Source: Raja brachyura (taxonomy: Eukaryota). From it: a stretch of DNA of 64,000 nt. The stretch is taken from contig OY740809.1 in the NCBI GenBank assembly GCA_963514005.1, positions 22,692,001 through 22,756,000 of the forward strand, read 5' to 3'. Made by a program: the position numbers and the translations under genes. How positions within the stretch are numbered: position 1 is the stretch's first letter; every line of letters starts with the position of its first letter. Below are positions 26,101 to 41,100 of this stretch, piece after piece. Below the pieces are notes generated by a model, which saw only the letters and a program-made list of their open reading frames with translations, made no database searches and was not told where the DNA came from.

Positions 26101-29100
26101 CCATTAATTTTAAATGTAGTAGTGAACATCTGTGCTGATTTTATGGCCAGAGGAGGAATTAATTATGGCTCAGAGTCTACATTATTTTCCAAGATGAAAA
26201 TTAATGCTCAGACTGATCAGCAGTCCCCTGTATTATTACTTGCCTGGTTTTGTCAGCACAAATTCCTCCACTTCTTTTTTACCCACGGTCACGGTTACGG
26301 AATCTGTTTTGAGCTCCTCCTTCCCCTCAGCAGTGATTGCTTTTCGAATAATGTTAAGTTCAACACGCCGTTCTTTATTCTGCTTAGCAGACTTGACACC
26401 ATGTTTAAGGAAACGCTCCTTTAATGCTTGAAGCTCTGAATACAAAAACAAATGTATCCAAATACTGGTCAATGAGTGAGTGAAGAATAGAAAGAATGCT
26501 CTTTTGAATTCATTTTCGTTCAATTAAAATTTCCTTAATTAATTTAAAAGCAAACGTATGCAAAAACATCATGCATTGAAAAGATACAATGTTTTATAGA
26601 AATTTAATGCATTTAGCAAGAAGTATGGTCAAGCCAGAGACTTAAGGGAGATGGGAGCATATTTTGGTGTCAAGTGCATTGCCAAAAGGACTGTTGAAAC
26701 ATTCAATAACTGGAAATCATATAACTAACAATCGATATTAGTTCTGGGGTACAGCAGGGGGGTGATTTATTTAACATGAATCTTTCAGGTTATGATGACT
26801 CAAGTAGTCTCCCGCTATTGCTGTATCATTCTCTGACATTCACTAATTCAGTTATCATTCTGTATGAATCACTGTGATCATAGCATTGGCAGTTGAATAA
26901 ATACACTGAACAAATTCAGGTTCAAACAACTGTAGACAATACTGGCTAATAATTCACAAATTCTAACTTTCTTAAATAATAAACCTCTCTTATACATCAA
27001 CCAAATATAATTTGGCACCTCGTCTTCACCCATTTCTTAAGTTAGATGATGCCTGAAAAATTACTAGAGCTACATTTCCTAAAGAGCCTTCCTTCCACAT
27101 AAGTAAATGTTTTTTCACAATTAAGCCCATCAGAAATTCATCTCAGAAAACTCAGAAGTATCAATTTGTACCCTACCATCATTTAGACACTCCAACTAGA
27201 TGTGGCATTATGATAACTTAACAGGAAGTTAAATTCTCAGAATGTGCCCCTCAAGAGAAAATGACTAATGAGAAAATGAAAATCTCATGATTATTTACTA
27301 CGTGCAACATATGAGAAATATAACCTTTGTTTACTTTGGGCTCCTCCAGGTTAACAAATGCACCTTCATCGGCGCAAAGGTGAGGTTTCAATGTTAGATC
27401 CACTCCCAGCACCCGTAATTTATCCAATTTGGATTTTCTGTGCTTGTTCATTGAAGCTGCTGCCAATTGCTGCCGCTCTTCTTCCGTAACAGTTGAGACA
27501 TCATCAGAAAGCTTCACAGTGGCATCAGGTTGCATTTTATCCACAGGAGGATCCTCGGGCATAATTGCAAGTTTTTCATTCGATACAGTTTCCTCAGATA
27601 GTTTCAAAGAGAAAGAGTGATGGTCAGATTCTGTGCTATGCACAAGATTTACTAATTCTTTTCCTCCATCCTCTATGTCAGTGGAGAAACTCAACTGGTC
27701 CACTATTTCTGTTTGTCCCTCATTTTTTTCAATGTGGATTTCAGTCACAGGCCAGTTAGGGCATGTATTTTCTTTATTGTCTGAATTGTTTAAAGGCGAT
27801 TCTTCTATTTCTGGAGTTGTTGTAGATATGGAAATGTTATTATTTGGCACCATTTGATCAATTAGCCTATCATCTTGAGGGATGCCAGTTAACATTTCAA
27901 TCGCTGTTGTGGAATCAGAGGTGTCCTGCTGTAAGCAAGGTTGATACTTAGATGATCTGAAAGAAGATTATGCATTGTTTAGTCACAACATAAAAATTCT
28001 AAATCCAAGTAAAAATAAGAGCAGTGGAACCAAAATGTTGCAATATTATTCAACATGTTAACTATACAAATAATTTCAACCATGTTGAGCATACCTGCAG
28101 CAGGCAGATCCATTTCAAAAGCCTACATCGCTAACAATGTAGCCCACTTTCAATATTTAAATAATGTGCTGGTTTATATCACAAGTTGAAACATCTGGAT
28201 TCAAAATCAAATTACCACGATTAATTTTGGAAATGTGGTCACTTCCCATGTGCTGAAAATTATTTTAGCCTTTTAATAAATAGTTTAATAAACAAATACA
28301 AGACCAGGATATTTAGTTACATGGTTAAAGTTTGATTTGCAGCTAAAACAGCTAGTATTATATATTTATTACACCGCAGATGGCGACTATTTACTCCACT
28401 GTAACCATTGTAGTTTCCAGGAGAGTATTAAGTGCAATGTACAAAATAAGCTAAACTATTTTAGCCTTTTACTAGAAAGTCATAAAATGAAGCAAAGCAC
28501 AAGTACTTCTGAAGTTCTACCACATATATACATACTCGTTGTTGTCCCTCCAAAACAATACATGCTTACTTGAGCAATGACATGGCACTTCCTTGGCAGA
28601 CTGGACGTGGGCGTTTCTTGAAGAAATCATGAATGGTTTGTGGTTCTGGCAGGTGATAGGGCAAAGATAAATTTGCCTCTGAAAAAATAAGATCACAATA
28701 TAACAAATATTTAGTTGCTGGTAACTTTTGCGTCAGTACAAACGGGCACTTAGACGGGTGAAATAACGTAGAATTCCCCCTCTTTTTCACACCTGCTCCC
28801 CCGCTTTGACAGGACCCTCAATGATTGAGTAGAACCGTTAAATTAGATGAGTGATTTAATTGACCATATTCTCACTCACTGCTTCTTTTGGGGTTTTAAA
28901 ACAAAATAACCTTTTATTTACTGCATTATACAATAACCAAGATACTAGGCTAGATATGCAAATACCAATTTGTTTAAAAACGCTGGTCATCTTATTAAAA
29001 TCTCACTTGCTCCTTCCTTAGCCTTGATTTCAATCTTAAAGCAGGTGACAAAAAAACTTAACACAATATTATAATTGTAGCGGGCATGGATTTTAATTTA

Positions 29101-32100
29101 TTTAAGATGATTTCAGCGTTACCATTAGACCAAGATCTGTCACATTCCTTTCCTAATAAAAGAATCAAAAGCAAAATTTGAACAATTGCACCTCTAACTC
29201 TGTCTTTACTCCATTTTAAACCGGGTTGCGCCGTACGATGGCAGCCTCACCAATAGTCTGTCTTGTCCTTTTCTTCTTTTGTTGTTTTAGTCTGTTGTTA
29301 AATGTATGTTTTAGTGTATCTTTAGTTTAGTTTAGAGATACAGCTCAGAAACAGGCTCTTCGGCCCACCGAGTCCGTGCCGACCTGCAATCTCCACACAA
29401 TAACGCTATCCTGCGCACATTAGAGACAATTTACAATTATACCAAGCCAATTAATCTACAAACTTGTACTTCTTTGGAAAGTGGAGGGAAACCGAAGATC
29501 TCAGAGAAAATCCAAGCAAGTCACAGGAAGAATGTGCCAACTCAGTTCACATAGCACCAATAGTCAGGATTGAACCCGGGTCTCTGGCGCTGTAAGGCAG
29601 CAACTTTACACAAGCCTAACTCTACTTCAGCAATGGAACATTGCGGACCATGTCTTGCACTACCATGTTTCTAACTGTGTTATTGCACAAACATTGCGTC
29701 TTATCTTTTTCTTTACACCGAGTCTGTTACTGTGATACTGCTGCAAGCAAGGTTTTAATTGCACCTGTATCTCACCGTACTTGTGCCTATGATAGTAAAC
29801 CTGACTACAGTGGCATAAATCTCCCCCACCTGTCATGAGCGGTTTCACATCATGATCAAGGTCCAGGGAACTCAAGACCATTGGCTACTTCTCGCTGAAG
29901 AAGGGTTTTGTATTATGTGGCGAATGCGGTAAACTTTAAAATCTCTTTCCTCGATGGAGATTAGACTTTTTCCGTATCGTATCTCCGTCCATACTGCGGC
30001 CTAACATCATGAAGCTGGCGGTCCCTTTGCTGGGGATCGGCTTCAGGAGCTCCAACCGCGGGAGCCTACGGATTTAACATTGTGGAACTTGCGATCGCTT
30101 CGTCAGGGATCGACTTCGGAAGCTCCAACTGTGGAAGCCCGCGGGCTTAACATCATGGAGCTCACATTCCCTTGGTTAGGGATCGACTTCGGGAGTTCCA
30201 ACCGTAAGAGCTTCGACCACCCCGACTGCGAATGGTTCGACTGCCCCGACCGCGGGTGAAAAGGACGGAAGATAATACATTGTGTAGCAATGTTACAAAA
30301 TTTTGAGATTTTAAAAATCAAGTCTGCAATTTATCCCATCAGATAAAGCATAACAAGAAGTTTAATTTGACACCTAATTTACTTTCATATCTTCAGTATT
30401 AAGAAAGTTATGGCCATTTTCATGCTCGGAAATGAGTATCTTGCTTCCCATTGCCTTTCAATTGACTTAACTCAAAAGCTGTGATCTGGAAAAATTAAAA
30501 GCCCATAACTTTATTAAAAATTAAGAGAACTCAATGAAATTTTCAGTCATTATAGATTGAAGCATTGTGAAACAAATATTAAACAATCTTACTTGGATTA
30601 CCTGAAATTAAAGTATATAATTAGTTAGTTATCTAATTGTAGCTAATTACAAAATTCAATGAGTAGATCTAAACATCTATCAATTTCTTAAGAAAAGATA
30701 AACTTTTTTTTAATTGCCTAAGTGTCCAAATAACATTCACACAATAATCCACAATATAACATAATTTTTAAATCTCATTTTCATGAATTTCTGGGCCAAA
30801 TGGAAGGAATTTAGTGTTTAATGCCTGTAAATAAATGGCCATTTAAATCAACTAGCGAGTGGGTTTTAGTGGAATGCGGTGGATTAGAACGTTGCGGTTA
30901 GCGGTGAAGTCGGGGGGGAAAATACCGGGTGTTTCATACATTTTTTGGGGACCCCATTTCGCAACATTAAAATAGTATTAATGCCTCCCGAAAAACCAAC
31001 TTCTAATAAAAAAATAAAGTATTTACCTTTTTTTCTCCCCTACGGAAAATGCTTCCGGTGGTCTGCGGTCACGGCTTTTGAAGGTGATTTTTAAATTACT
31101 CTAGTTAACAAATAACTTAGAGTAATTTAAAAATACCTTAATGGATGAAATGTCGGAGCGATTTTTCTTCCGCAATTAAATCGCCCGACATTCATCGATT
31201 TTCCTGGTCTGGTGAAAATCGGCACTTTAAGCCCGCCCCCCTCTGAAAGGCGCTAAAGTCGCGCACACGGGGAGCGGCAGAAGTGCAGCGCTGGTAAAGG
31301 TAAGTTTTGTAACATACCTACATTGTAACATATTCATGTTAATTTTTATGTAGTTGTGGGTCTTGTTGCTTTCTTGGTATGACTGTATAGCAAATCAAAT
31401 TCCTTGTATGTTTTTACATACTTGGCTAATACATTAATTACAATTACACATAGATTCGGGAGGATACAGAACTCAACTTTTTTCTTCAATTCGTTACATA
31501 AATCGTTTCACGCGATTGTTTAAATCCCCGCAACAATCTGAACATTGCTTACAGCCTTCTTTCACACTCCATATTTCCTCACAATTGACATGCCCACCCC
31601 AACTGCAAAATCAGAATATATATGGTGGCATAATGGTAGAGCTATTGCCTTACAGTATCCAGGTTCGATCCTGGCTACAGCTGCTGTCTGTACAGAGTTT
31701 GTACGTTCTCCCCGTGACCTGTGTGGGTTTTCTCCGAGATCTTTAGTTTCCTCCCACTACAAAGACGTACAGGTTTGTTGGTTATGTAGGAAAGAACTGC
31801 AGATGCTGGCTTAAATCGAAAGTAGACACAAAATGCTGGAGTAACTCCTTCTCTCCAGAGATGCTACCTGTCCCGCTGAGTTACTCCAGCATTTTGTGCC
31901 TACCCCCAGGTTTGTAGGTTATTTAGCTTGGTGGGAAAAAAAAATGAAATGGGCCCGCCGACTCTGTGGGCCGAAGGGCCTGTTTTCACACTACATCACT
32001 AAACTAAACTTAGGAAAAGCATGAAGCATTAACTTCTGGACACAACAGTTTATATAACTTCACTCCAAAAAAAACATGTTTTACCTTGCTTATCACCATG

Positions 32101-35100
32101 TTATGCAATTCAACATAAAACACAATGGAACCTGTCATTAAAGCAACAATACCAAATAGCTTGGGGATATAAAAGTGACAGTATATTCTTAAAGCTCACC
32201 TCGCAACAGTCGTTGAGTTTCACTATGAATCTGGCGCATTGCCTCCTTACTCATTTTGGCTGCCTTCCTCTCTGTACGCACCTTTTAATTATAAGAATCA
32301 ATAAAAGCTGATTTATCCAAGGCGAAATAATCAAATTAATAATCAGAATCAAAATGAAACAAACATTATTCTACAGGGACTGGATAACAGATGGTCATTG
32401 GAGATGCCTCCAATGATCCCATAATCTATCTTCATAAAGTTTATATCCATGACTCTGGATGGACTAAATTCGTCAAGACCATTTTATAATAATTGATCAC
32501 ATGGGAGATGTTAGCATTAATACTTGTGATTCTGTGTCCAGGAAAGTGGCACGCATGTGAAATCTCAATGAACAGAGCAGCAGAACTGTATGTTGGTTGA
32601 GGCAAAAAATTACTCTAATTCAAGACTGGGAAATTCACTTGGGCTTTTGCCTCAGCTGCCCATTCTTTCTGTAAAAGGCAAGCTCATATAAAGGTGCCAT
32701 GCAAAGTTTTTCTGGTGGACAGATGTAACAAAATGCTTATGTATGTGGCAGATGATGGCTCAGATTGTATACATATTGTCAGCTCAGTGTTAAACAGACG
32801 CTGTGCATATTTTTCCAAATAATAACAATGCAGATTGTTATTATAACTGTGGCAGCTAATTGTCTGAAACCCCTGATTGTTGCATTTAACTGACATCCTA
32901 CAGCATTTATATTGCACGCTTTAACAAAGGACAAAGAAGCATTTATTTAGTCCCATTGGGGCGACTGGGGCATTTCTTTCAGTATAAACCAGCATCTGCA
33001 AGTACTTTCTACACAAAATGTCTTGTGTTTGGATTATATTTGTTTTAAATTGCAGGTGTTCAAACTTAGGGCAGACCAGCCTCAAATGACTAATAGATTA
33101 AAACTGCAAATTCTAGGACAATGTAAAGCTCAGAAACTTACAAGAAGTTGTTCAGATTGTTCACAAAGCTGAACATGCCTTTAATCTAATATATTAAACA
33201 AATTCTCAGGCACAAAAGTCATTAGTTTACACTGTAGTGAAAAAATGTTCTTGAGCTTTCCTGGATTTTTTTCATGTAAAATTAGCCACCATATCAAAAG
33301 ACGTACATGATTAAGTTAATGAAATTACGATGCCAGTAACATTTTCTTTATGATATTGCAGTTAAACCCCAACAGTAAAATTTAATTAATACAGCATACT
33401 TTGTACGACCAGAATATTGGCTGTCATTCCAAAATATCTTACTCATGAGTTCCAAAAACTCATACAAAAGATGTTATAGATAGAAAGATACATTGGATAC
33501 CCGACAACTTTAAAGGAAGTGTGGAATCATGGCCCAACGATTGGAATGGGAATATAGCTGGTGAGCTAGATGGCAAACTAATCAGGATTTCCAGATAGTC
33601 AGATTATTGGATTTTACTCCATGCTTATGCACAAACTTAAATATCAACCCATTCAAGGTGAGCACTTAACAACTCAGTTAACCCTGTGAACATTACAAGT
33701 AGTAACATTAGGCAGATAGGACATCGGTGAGGCCACATTTGGAGGACTGTGGACAGATGTAGTCGCCTTACTGCGGGATGGATGTCATTATATTAGAAAG
33801 GTGCAAAAATGATTTGAGGATGTTACTGGAACTGGAGGGTTTCAGTTATAAAATCATGAGGGGCATAAATAAGGTGAATAGCCACAGTATTTTCCCCAGA
33901 GTATGGGAGCCCAAAACTAGAGGTAACATAGATTTAAGTTGAGAGGGGAAAGATTTAAAAGCGCACCATTTTCACAGTGGGTGCTATGTATATGAAACAA
34001 GCTGCCTGTTGAAATGGTACAGGTGGGTAAAATTATGCCATTTAAAAAGACACTTGGAGTGGTTTGAAGGCTTTTGGGTCAGGTACAGGCAAGTGGGATA
34101 GCTCGGTTAGACAACCGGTCGGCATTGACATATTGGGAGCGAAAGTTCGGTTTCCACACTGTACAATTGACCATTCGTATAAATTTAAGGAAGTTATTTT
34201 GTTAAATTGCATTTTATATGCAAATGAACTAGCATGTTAAACAATGAAGCAACCAAAGTTTACATATGCTATCACCTTCTTTTCATCTTTTTGCACCTGC
34301 TCCTCAGAGTCATAATCATGAAGATTTTCAGAAGGAACAAGTTGTCGACTCTATAATTAAAAGTGAAAGAGATTGAGAAATAAAACAACGATCTGAATTA
34401 CATGATTAAATGTGCAATCTAATTGCGGCACACTGATCTCTAAAAGCTTCACTGAAGGAATCCTCATTAAAAGGAATAAAGTGTGTTCACAAAAAAGTAA
34501 CTTGCATTATGAAAATCTATTAACCATCACATCACCAATTAGATAGGACGTAGGGAACAGACATCCAAAGACATTATCTGCTTGGTTCCTTAGTTTAAAA
34601 AGAGAGTAAATAGAGCAACATCATGGTCTGGTTTAGACACAAAATGCTGAAGTGATTCAGCGGGCCAGGCAGCATCTCAGGATAACTAGGAATACCTAAT
34701 AATTCATTGTATTTTTTATCTGTTGTAGTATTTAATGTGTCTGTCAAGGCGCAGCAAATAAGAATGGTATTGTTCCGGTTCATATCTAGTACCTTTGAAA
34801 ATAATAACAAATGAATCTCTTAAATCTTTATTTCATAATAAAAGCTATATACACAAGCTTTGACCAGGGAAAAATAGGCATTTAGTGCAAACTTTTACAA
34901 TTAAATTTTAGTTCAAAGTTAAGTACTTTTCTATCAAACACCAACATCCTACATTCGTGTGCAAATCAAGTATACACTGGGATATAACAAGTCGCCATTT
35001 ATATGTCGCCTTTTACTCATTATCATCACACCGTAATGTCTTTAGTAGATTATGTGTCCACCACAGGTCTTTACCAAGTCTTTACTTGATTTGGCATGGA

Positions 35101-38100
35101 ATCGACCAGATTCTGACAATTTCCAAGGAAGTTTCCAAGGATTTTGACATTTCGATACAACAGGTAAATCATGGCCTTAATGAGCTTCTGTCTCGTGGTA
35201 CAGTCCTTTCTTTTGTAGTCACTACTTGATAATTGATCGCAAATTCGCAATCGGATTCAGGCCAGACGAGTTACAACGCCTGTCCAAGACGCGCATACCC
35301 TTCTGCTGGATAAATTGGGTCACCATCTTTGATATGTGGCACACTGCAAGGTCTTGCTGCAATATCCCAGATCAATTTGGAAAAGTCTTTGTCATCTTTA
35401 GCACCATCTTTCTCTGCAATACATCAATATATTGCGGCAATCTCATCTTTCTGTCAACTGGATGCAGCAGACCTACGCAGAAGTAGCTGAAACAATCCCA
35501 GAACATAATCTTTTCAGGATGTTTGATGAATTGGTTGATATGGCATTTTCTCAACGGCTCTCCAACTAATATCTGAACATGTTGGCCATGTGGCCCTGAA
35601 TCAGGCAATGGATTTTGTCCCAGAGCAATACCTTTCTCCAGTCCTCACATGACCAATCTTTATATTTGAAGGCTCGCTGGTATTGTTGTTTCTTCATTGT
35701 GGCAGTTAGAAGTTGATTTTTCACAAGTCTTCTGGCTATACAATTTCAATGAGGCGCAGGATGCTTAAGCTTATTGAGACTCCTGCTGCCTCCAAATCTT
35801 TATTCGGTGCATCGCTTCTCTTTCTCAGATCTTTCTTACTTTCCCCGAGTCAGCAAAGCTTCATTTCTCGGCATCGTCTTCCTTTTGTGGCCACACCAGC
35901 CCGTCCTCTTGGGCGATAGCGATCCAGTTTCATAGCCTTGTTTGACAATCTTGGAAGCTTGGCCCATCCTTACCAACTTTGTGATCTCTCATTGTGACTG
36001 AGCTATATTGATGCAATGTTATAATCTTTGTTCACCTCCTTGGAATTATATCTAGTCTTGATTAGTTCTTCTCAAATAAAACCGGATGGTGCAATACTGA
36101 TGCAAAGCTGGTGTAAGGTTGTTATTTTGCCTTTGAATTTATTTTGAACATTAGCGGTTTTAAATACAAGAACAAATGGAGGACATAGAAACTCATCTTA
36201 TGAAAAAATATCAAAATCAGTCCATTATTCAGCTAATTTGCACAAGGATGTAAGTTTGCGCAAATTCAGAATGGTGAACGGGATTCCACAGAGTTCAACA
36301 ATGGAGCTCTATCTGGCTGAGGTTCCCCTGTATTCATGCTCAGAAAATTTATGCCAGGTTATAAATACAGGTTCATGCCCACATTTATATAAAATGTGGA
36401 CTTGGGTCTGCATTTAGAATTGTATGGTTTTGCTAAGCAAAGCAGCAGTTATTTTAAAATAATTTCAATTTAACAGTGAATTCAATTTATCTTTGGGTAT
36501 TTTTAGCTGCTTTTCATTTTCCTAATGTCAGTTAATTGTATTTTATCAATGCCATGGATCAAAGGTTTGAACTCCCTTGCACTTCTGGAAACTTCCTGCC
36601 ACTCACTTCACAAACAACTGGAATACAGGATAGCCTCGCAAGGTAGTCCCTCCATACATGGATATGACATGGATGAGCATGCTCACTATTCCATGCAGCG
36701 GACACAGAACAATATGATTCAGTTCATGGAAAAATAGTCTGCATATTATAATACTAATTGCGCACAAATAGTGAAATCTCCCATTTTAGAAACTTGTTGG
36801 AAACGTATGCTTGGCCAATAGGTTGAGCTCAAAACTTCAAAATTAGATAAGTGCAAGGAAGTCAAAGCTAGCAGGAATTTTATATTTTAAACCATGACTA
36901 GCAGCCAATCATCAGCTTTATGGTAAATGAATTAAGGAAAGCATTGTGGAAAACCAGTTAACTTTCACTTGGTACACAAAACGGCAGTTAATATTGTGAT
37001 ATAAAATAAGCAAATATAAAACATAAAAAACTTACTTTGGGGTGTTTTGCTTTCTTTTTCACTGCTGCTCGTATGGCATCCAATGAAAACTCCTCTTCCT
37101 CTCCATTGAGTTCATTCTCATCGTCCATTTCAGTCTCAAACAGGTCACTGTTGTTGAGCAGACAGCCACTGTCATCCGCAGTCTTCAATTCTGTTGGCAC
37201 TTCCTAAATACAGTTGAAATGGTTCAGATAACTTAACGTGATTCATTATTCAAACAAAGATAAAACTTTTTGTTTTTTTAAATTGGGAAATACAATTTTT
37301 TTGTTGTCTTAAAGCAGTGCTAAGCATCAATTTTTCTTTTAACACACCTGTTTTTTTTGTTTCTTTTTTCTTTTCAACTTTTCAACCATTTCCAATTGTT
37401 TCTTCTTTTTGTCTCGTGATCTCTGAGATTTGTTCTTTGGATTTACTTGCCCTTCTCGATGCATAGAATTTTTAGTAATTTGTTGACTAGCTGAAGAATC
37501 ATCCAGACTAGAAGTTCTATGTTGTCGGTCTTCTGTGGATAATTCCTCATCTTCATCACTGACAGAACTGGATTTTACTGGTCCAGCTTGGCATTCATTG
37601 TCAACATCAGAATCACTCTCACCACTATTCTTTATCACTCTCTGAACACGATGCAATTTCTTTTTCTTGTTTTTATCATTAGCATTTAAGCTTTGCTCCT
37701 CATTATCAGTCGCGCTATCCAATTTGGTGCTCCCAATTTCTTTTACGTTGCTTGAATCATCATCACTATCACTATCTCGTAGAGCTTTTCTCCTCACTTT
37801 TTTGCAGGCAAAAATTTCTTCATCTGAATCTGGAAAGAAACAAAGTGTTAAGTTCTTCTGAAGAAGGGTTTTGACCCGAAACATCACCTATTCCTTCGCT
37901 CCATAGATGCTGAGTTTCTCCAGCATTTCTATCCATCTTTGATTTTTTCCAGCATCTGCAGTTCCTTTTTAAACTGTTCTGACAATATTAGTTACATTGT
38001 CTTCTCTCAATTTAACAATTAACTTTGTTATCATTGTTTTTATTCAATTAATTAAAAAAATAATATTTCGTATTTAAATCCTTGCTTTAACTGCCATTAA

Positions 38101-41100
38101 ATTGGGACTGAAATATATTATTTTGTGTGTTGATTTAATAAGCACTTTGATGTACAACCAATTGATAATTTGATAGAGAAAAAGATTTGCTGTATTGAAA
38201 CTGTATATACATTTGAAGTGTCAGAAGCAAGTGTTTTGGTTTTCTTAGTAGTTCACCATCAGCAAGTTTTACTCATTTGTAGTAGCCAGCTGCACTCAGA
38301 GTGATCATTCTGTTCATCCACTGAGGCAATATGTCATCATCATCATAAAACATCAACGGGCATGGTGCCTTATAGTGCGACAGTGATTGCAATTTCTACT
38401 GAAGAGTGGATGGCCATTAGCTCGCTAGCAGCTCATCCGCCCTTTGACAGGTCTTGTTTTTGGTCCTGCTGGGGGTCCACAGCCCCCTCTTCACCTGCCA
38501 AACCAGGTGGGAGAGACGGTTTAGTCGCCGACTATCCGACCATGGAGCTGGTAGCACATGATATCATGGTGTCCGTGGCGGGGGGCTCTCCCCGACCTGA
38601 CAATATGGAATAAGCTCAAAAATAAGAAAGATGCGATCACTCTAATGGGATTGTGCTTTTAGCCTCCCAATACCCAGCAGGGTAGCAGAACTTTGTATTG
38701 GAAAGCTCATTGTTTCACGGAATGACTGTCAGGTGGTTAGAGCGAATCAATATGACAAGGGTTATCTGTAATGTGTGCTGTTTCAGTTGCCGAATTACAG
38801 GAAGGATGAAGAGGCTTTTGAGAGGATGCAAAAGAGGTTTATCAGAATGCTGCCTGGATTGGGACGTGCCGTGGTAGTCTGGCGCGCTGACCTCCACCGG
38901 GCTGAGGCCAGGCGACAAATCTCAGGCACCTCCTCCTACTTATCCTTGGACCATGATCCCACAGATGAGCACTCGACCTTAATCTCAAACACCATTATTG
39001 ATTTAATCACTTCTGGCTATCTTCCTTCCACAGCCTCCAACCATATCGTTTCCCAGCCCCGCACAGCCCGTTTTTCCCTTCTCCCCAAACACAACTTCCC
39101 TGGCAGACCCATCATTTCTGTCTGCTCCTGTCCCACGGAAATGATTTCCATGTACTTCGACTCCATCCTATCCCCCCCCTCAACTCCATCCTGTCCAATC
39201 TCTCTAGACCCATGTCCAAGATGTCTCACATGCCTTTCATCTCTTTAATGACTTCCGCTTTCCGAGCCCCCACTCCCTCATCTTTACTATGGACATACAC
39301 CTCCATCCTCCACCAGGAAGGCCTTAATGCCCTCCATTTCTTCTCTGACTGCAGAACCACCCAATGTCCCTCTATTAACACTACTTTGCCTAGCAGAGCT
39401 AGCCCTCACCCTCAGCAGCTTCTCCTTTGACTCCTCCAACTTCCTCCAAGTCTAAGGCTATGGGTAGCTATGGGCACCGCATGGCCCCAGTTATGTCTGT
39501 CTCTTTCTAGGGTACGTTGAACAATCGCTGTTCCAGGTGTACACTGGCCCTATCCCCAAACTCTATCTCTGTTACATTGATGGCTGCATCGGTGCTACCT
39601 CCTGCACCCTTGCACAACTCATGGACTTAACCATTAATTTTCATCCTGCACTCAAATTTACTTGGACCATCAACAACTCCCTCCCCTTTCTTGATCTCAG
39701 TCTCCATCACAGGAAATAGACTATTGACTGACGTCTACCACAAACCCACCGACTCCCACAACTATCTTGACACTTCTTCCCACCTTGCTTCCTCCAAAGA
39801 CTCTATCCCTAACTCCCAATTCCTTCGTCTACGCCGCATCTGCGCCCAAGATGAGGCGTTCCATACTAGAACATTCGAGATGTCCTCATTCTTTAGGGAA
39901 CACGCGCAGGTGCCGGCTGAAAAATGTGAGCAGCTGCCAGCGACCGTCAATAAACTGTTCGAGGACTCCCCCCCGCCCCCCCCCCAAACGACGAAGTCAG
40001 AAGCATCGACAGTGAGGGCGGTTGGGGCAGCAGAGCGCAGGTGTACGAGCATGGTGATGTTAATGAGAGCTTTCATGGCCCCGTCAAAAGCGGCCGTGGT
40101 CCCTGCGTCCCACACCAGGTCCCGCTGCTTGCCTGCCGTTGACGGTGGCCAGGGTGAGGTAAGATGCTGAGCTCGGCCCCGGTGTCCATTAGGAATCTGA
40201 TCCCGGAATAGCGGTCCCAGACATTGAGGCGATGTTTTTGGCCGACCGTGACAGCCTCTACTGGCGATCGGCCGAGGCATTTCCCGGATGCGAGCAGGGA
40301 GCATGGCATTGGCGGGTCTCCGCACCCAAGCGTTGGTGGTAGTAGCACTACTGGCGCTTACTGAGATCCGCAGCAGTCGTTTGCGGCGCAGCAGTCGGCC
40401 GATGGTGGAATGGACCATCGAGGCCATTGCGGAGCTGTGGACACCCGGCTGATGGAAGCCTGGTGGTCGGTGAAGTCGCACCCAGCGAGGAGCAGGAGGA
40501 TGTCGTCGGGCATCTGCTCCAGGAAAGCCTGCTCGAAAATGAGACAAGGTCGGTGACCGTCCATCAGAGACAGCATCTCGCTCATCAGCACCGACGGCTT
40601 GTGGTCACCGAGGCCGTACATGTGCAGGAGCCTGACCGTGCAATCGCGGCGGCTCAGCCCGAAGGTACGCAGTAGCAGCGCCTTGAGGCCCTCGAATTTG
40701 TTGTTGCCATGCAGACTTTGGAGGTAAGGGAGCAATCAGGTGGCAGTTTCCTGATTGAACGTGCCGACCACGTAGAAGTATCTGGTGGAATCCGCAACAA
40801 TTTGCTGGATGTGGAACTGGTCCTCGATGAGATGGAACCACACAAGAGGTTGGACTGCCCAGAGAACGGGAAGTTTAAACAAAACCGCATTCTGTTGGGC
40901 GGGGTTGGGGTCAAGGTTTTCGGCAGCGTCTCCAATCATTTACCACACTTTTCTGGATTAAGTTCTAGTTTTCAATGTTCTGCCCAACTGTACAGATCAT
41001 CTGCACCTTCAGTCTAAAGCCTTCATCCACTAATAATTTCTGTAACGTCCACAAATTCCTCATAATTCCATCTTAAACGCAAGTCTTAGTCATTTATATA

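Larger units (their letters stand above)
29219..31450 (+). mobile_element. Nested repeat cluster: GC-rich L2-tailed non-autonomous element hosting a SINE and a TIR element
   Basis: Host sequence resumes after 31326 and ends catacttggctaata...aattacaattaca; it contains about 73-bp internal tandem units. Confidence 0.5.

Noticed and set aside
30032-30220. Regularly spaced repeats resembling a CRISPR array
   Set aside because: The spacers are homologous to each other (whole-unit tandem repeat), the context is vertebrate intron and there are no cas genes.
31623-31700. tRNA-like A/B boxes (also at about 5.3, 23.9, 29.6 and 63.6 kb)
   Set aside because: These are SINE heads followed by a V-domain and LINE tail, not tRNA genes.
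39762-40547. 261-aa ORF as a novel gene
   Set aside because: Chimeric read-through of out-of-frame Gypsy gag, Gypsy RT/RNaseH linker and antisense Penelope sequence.
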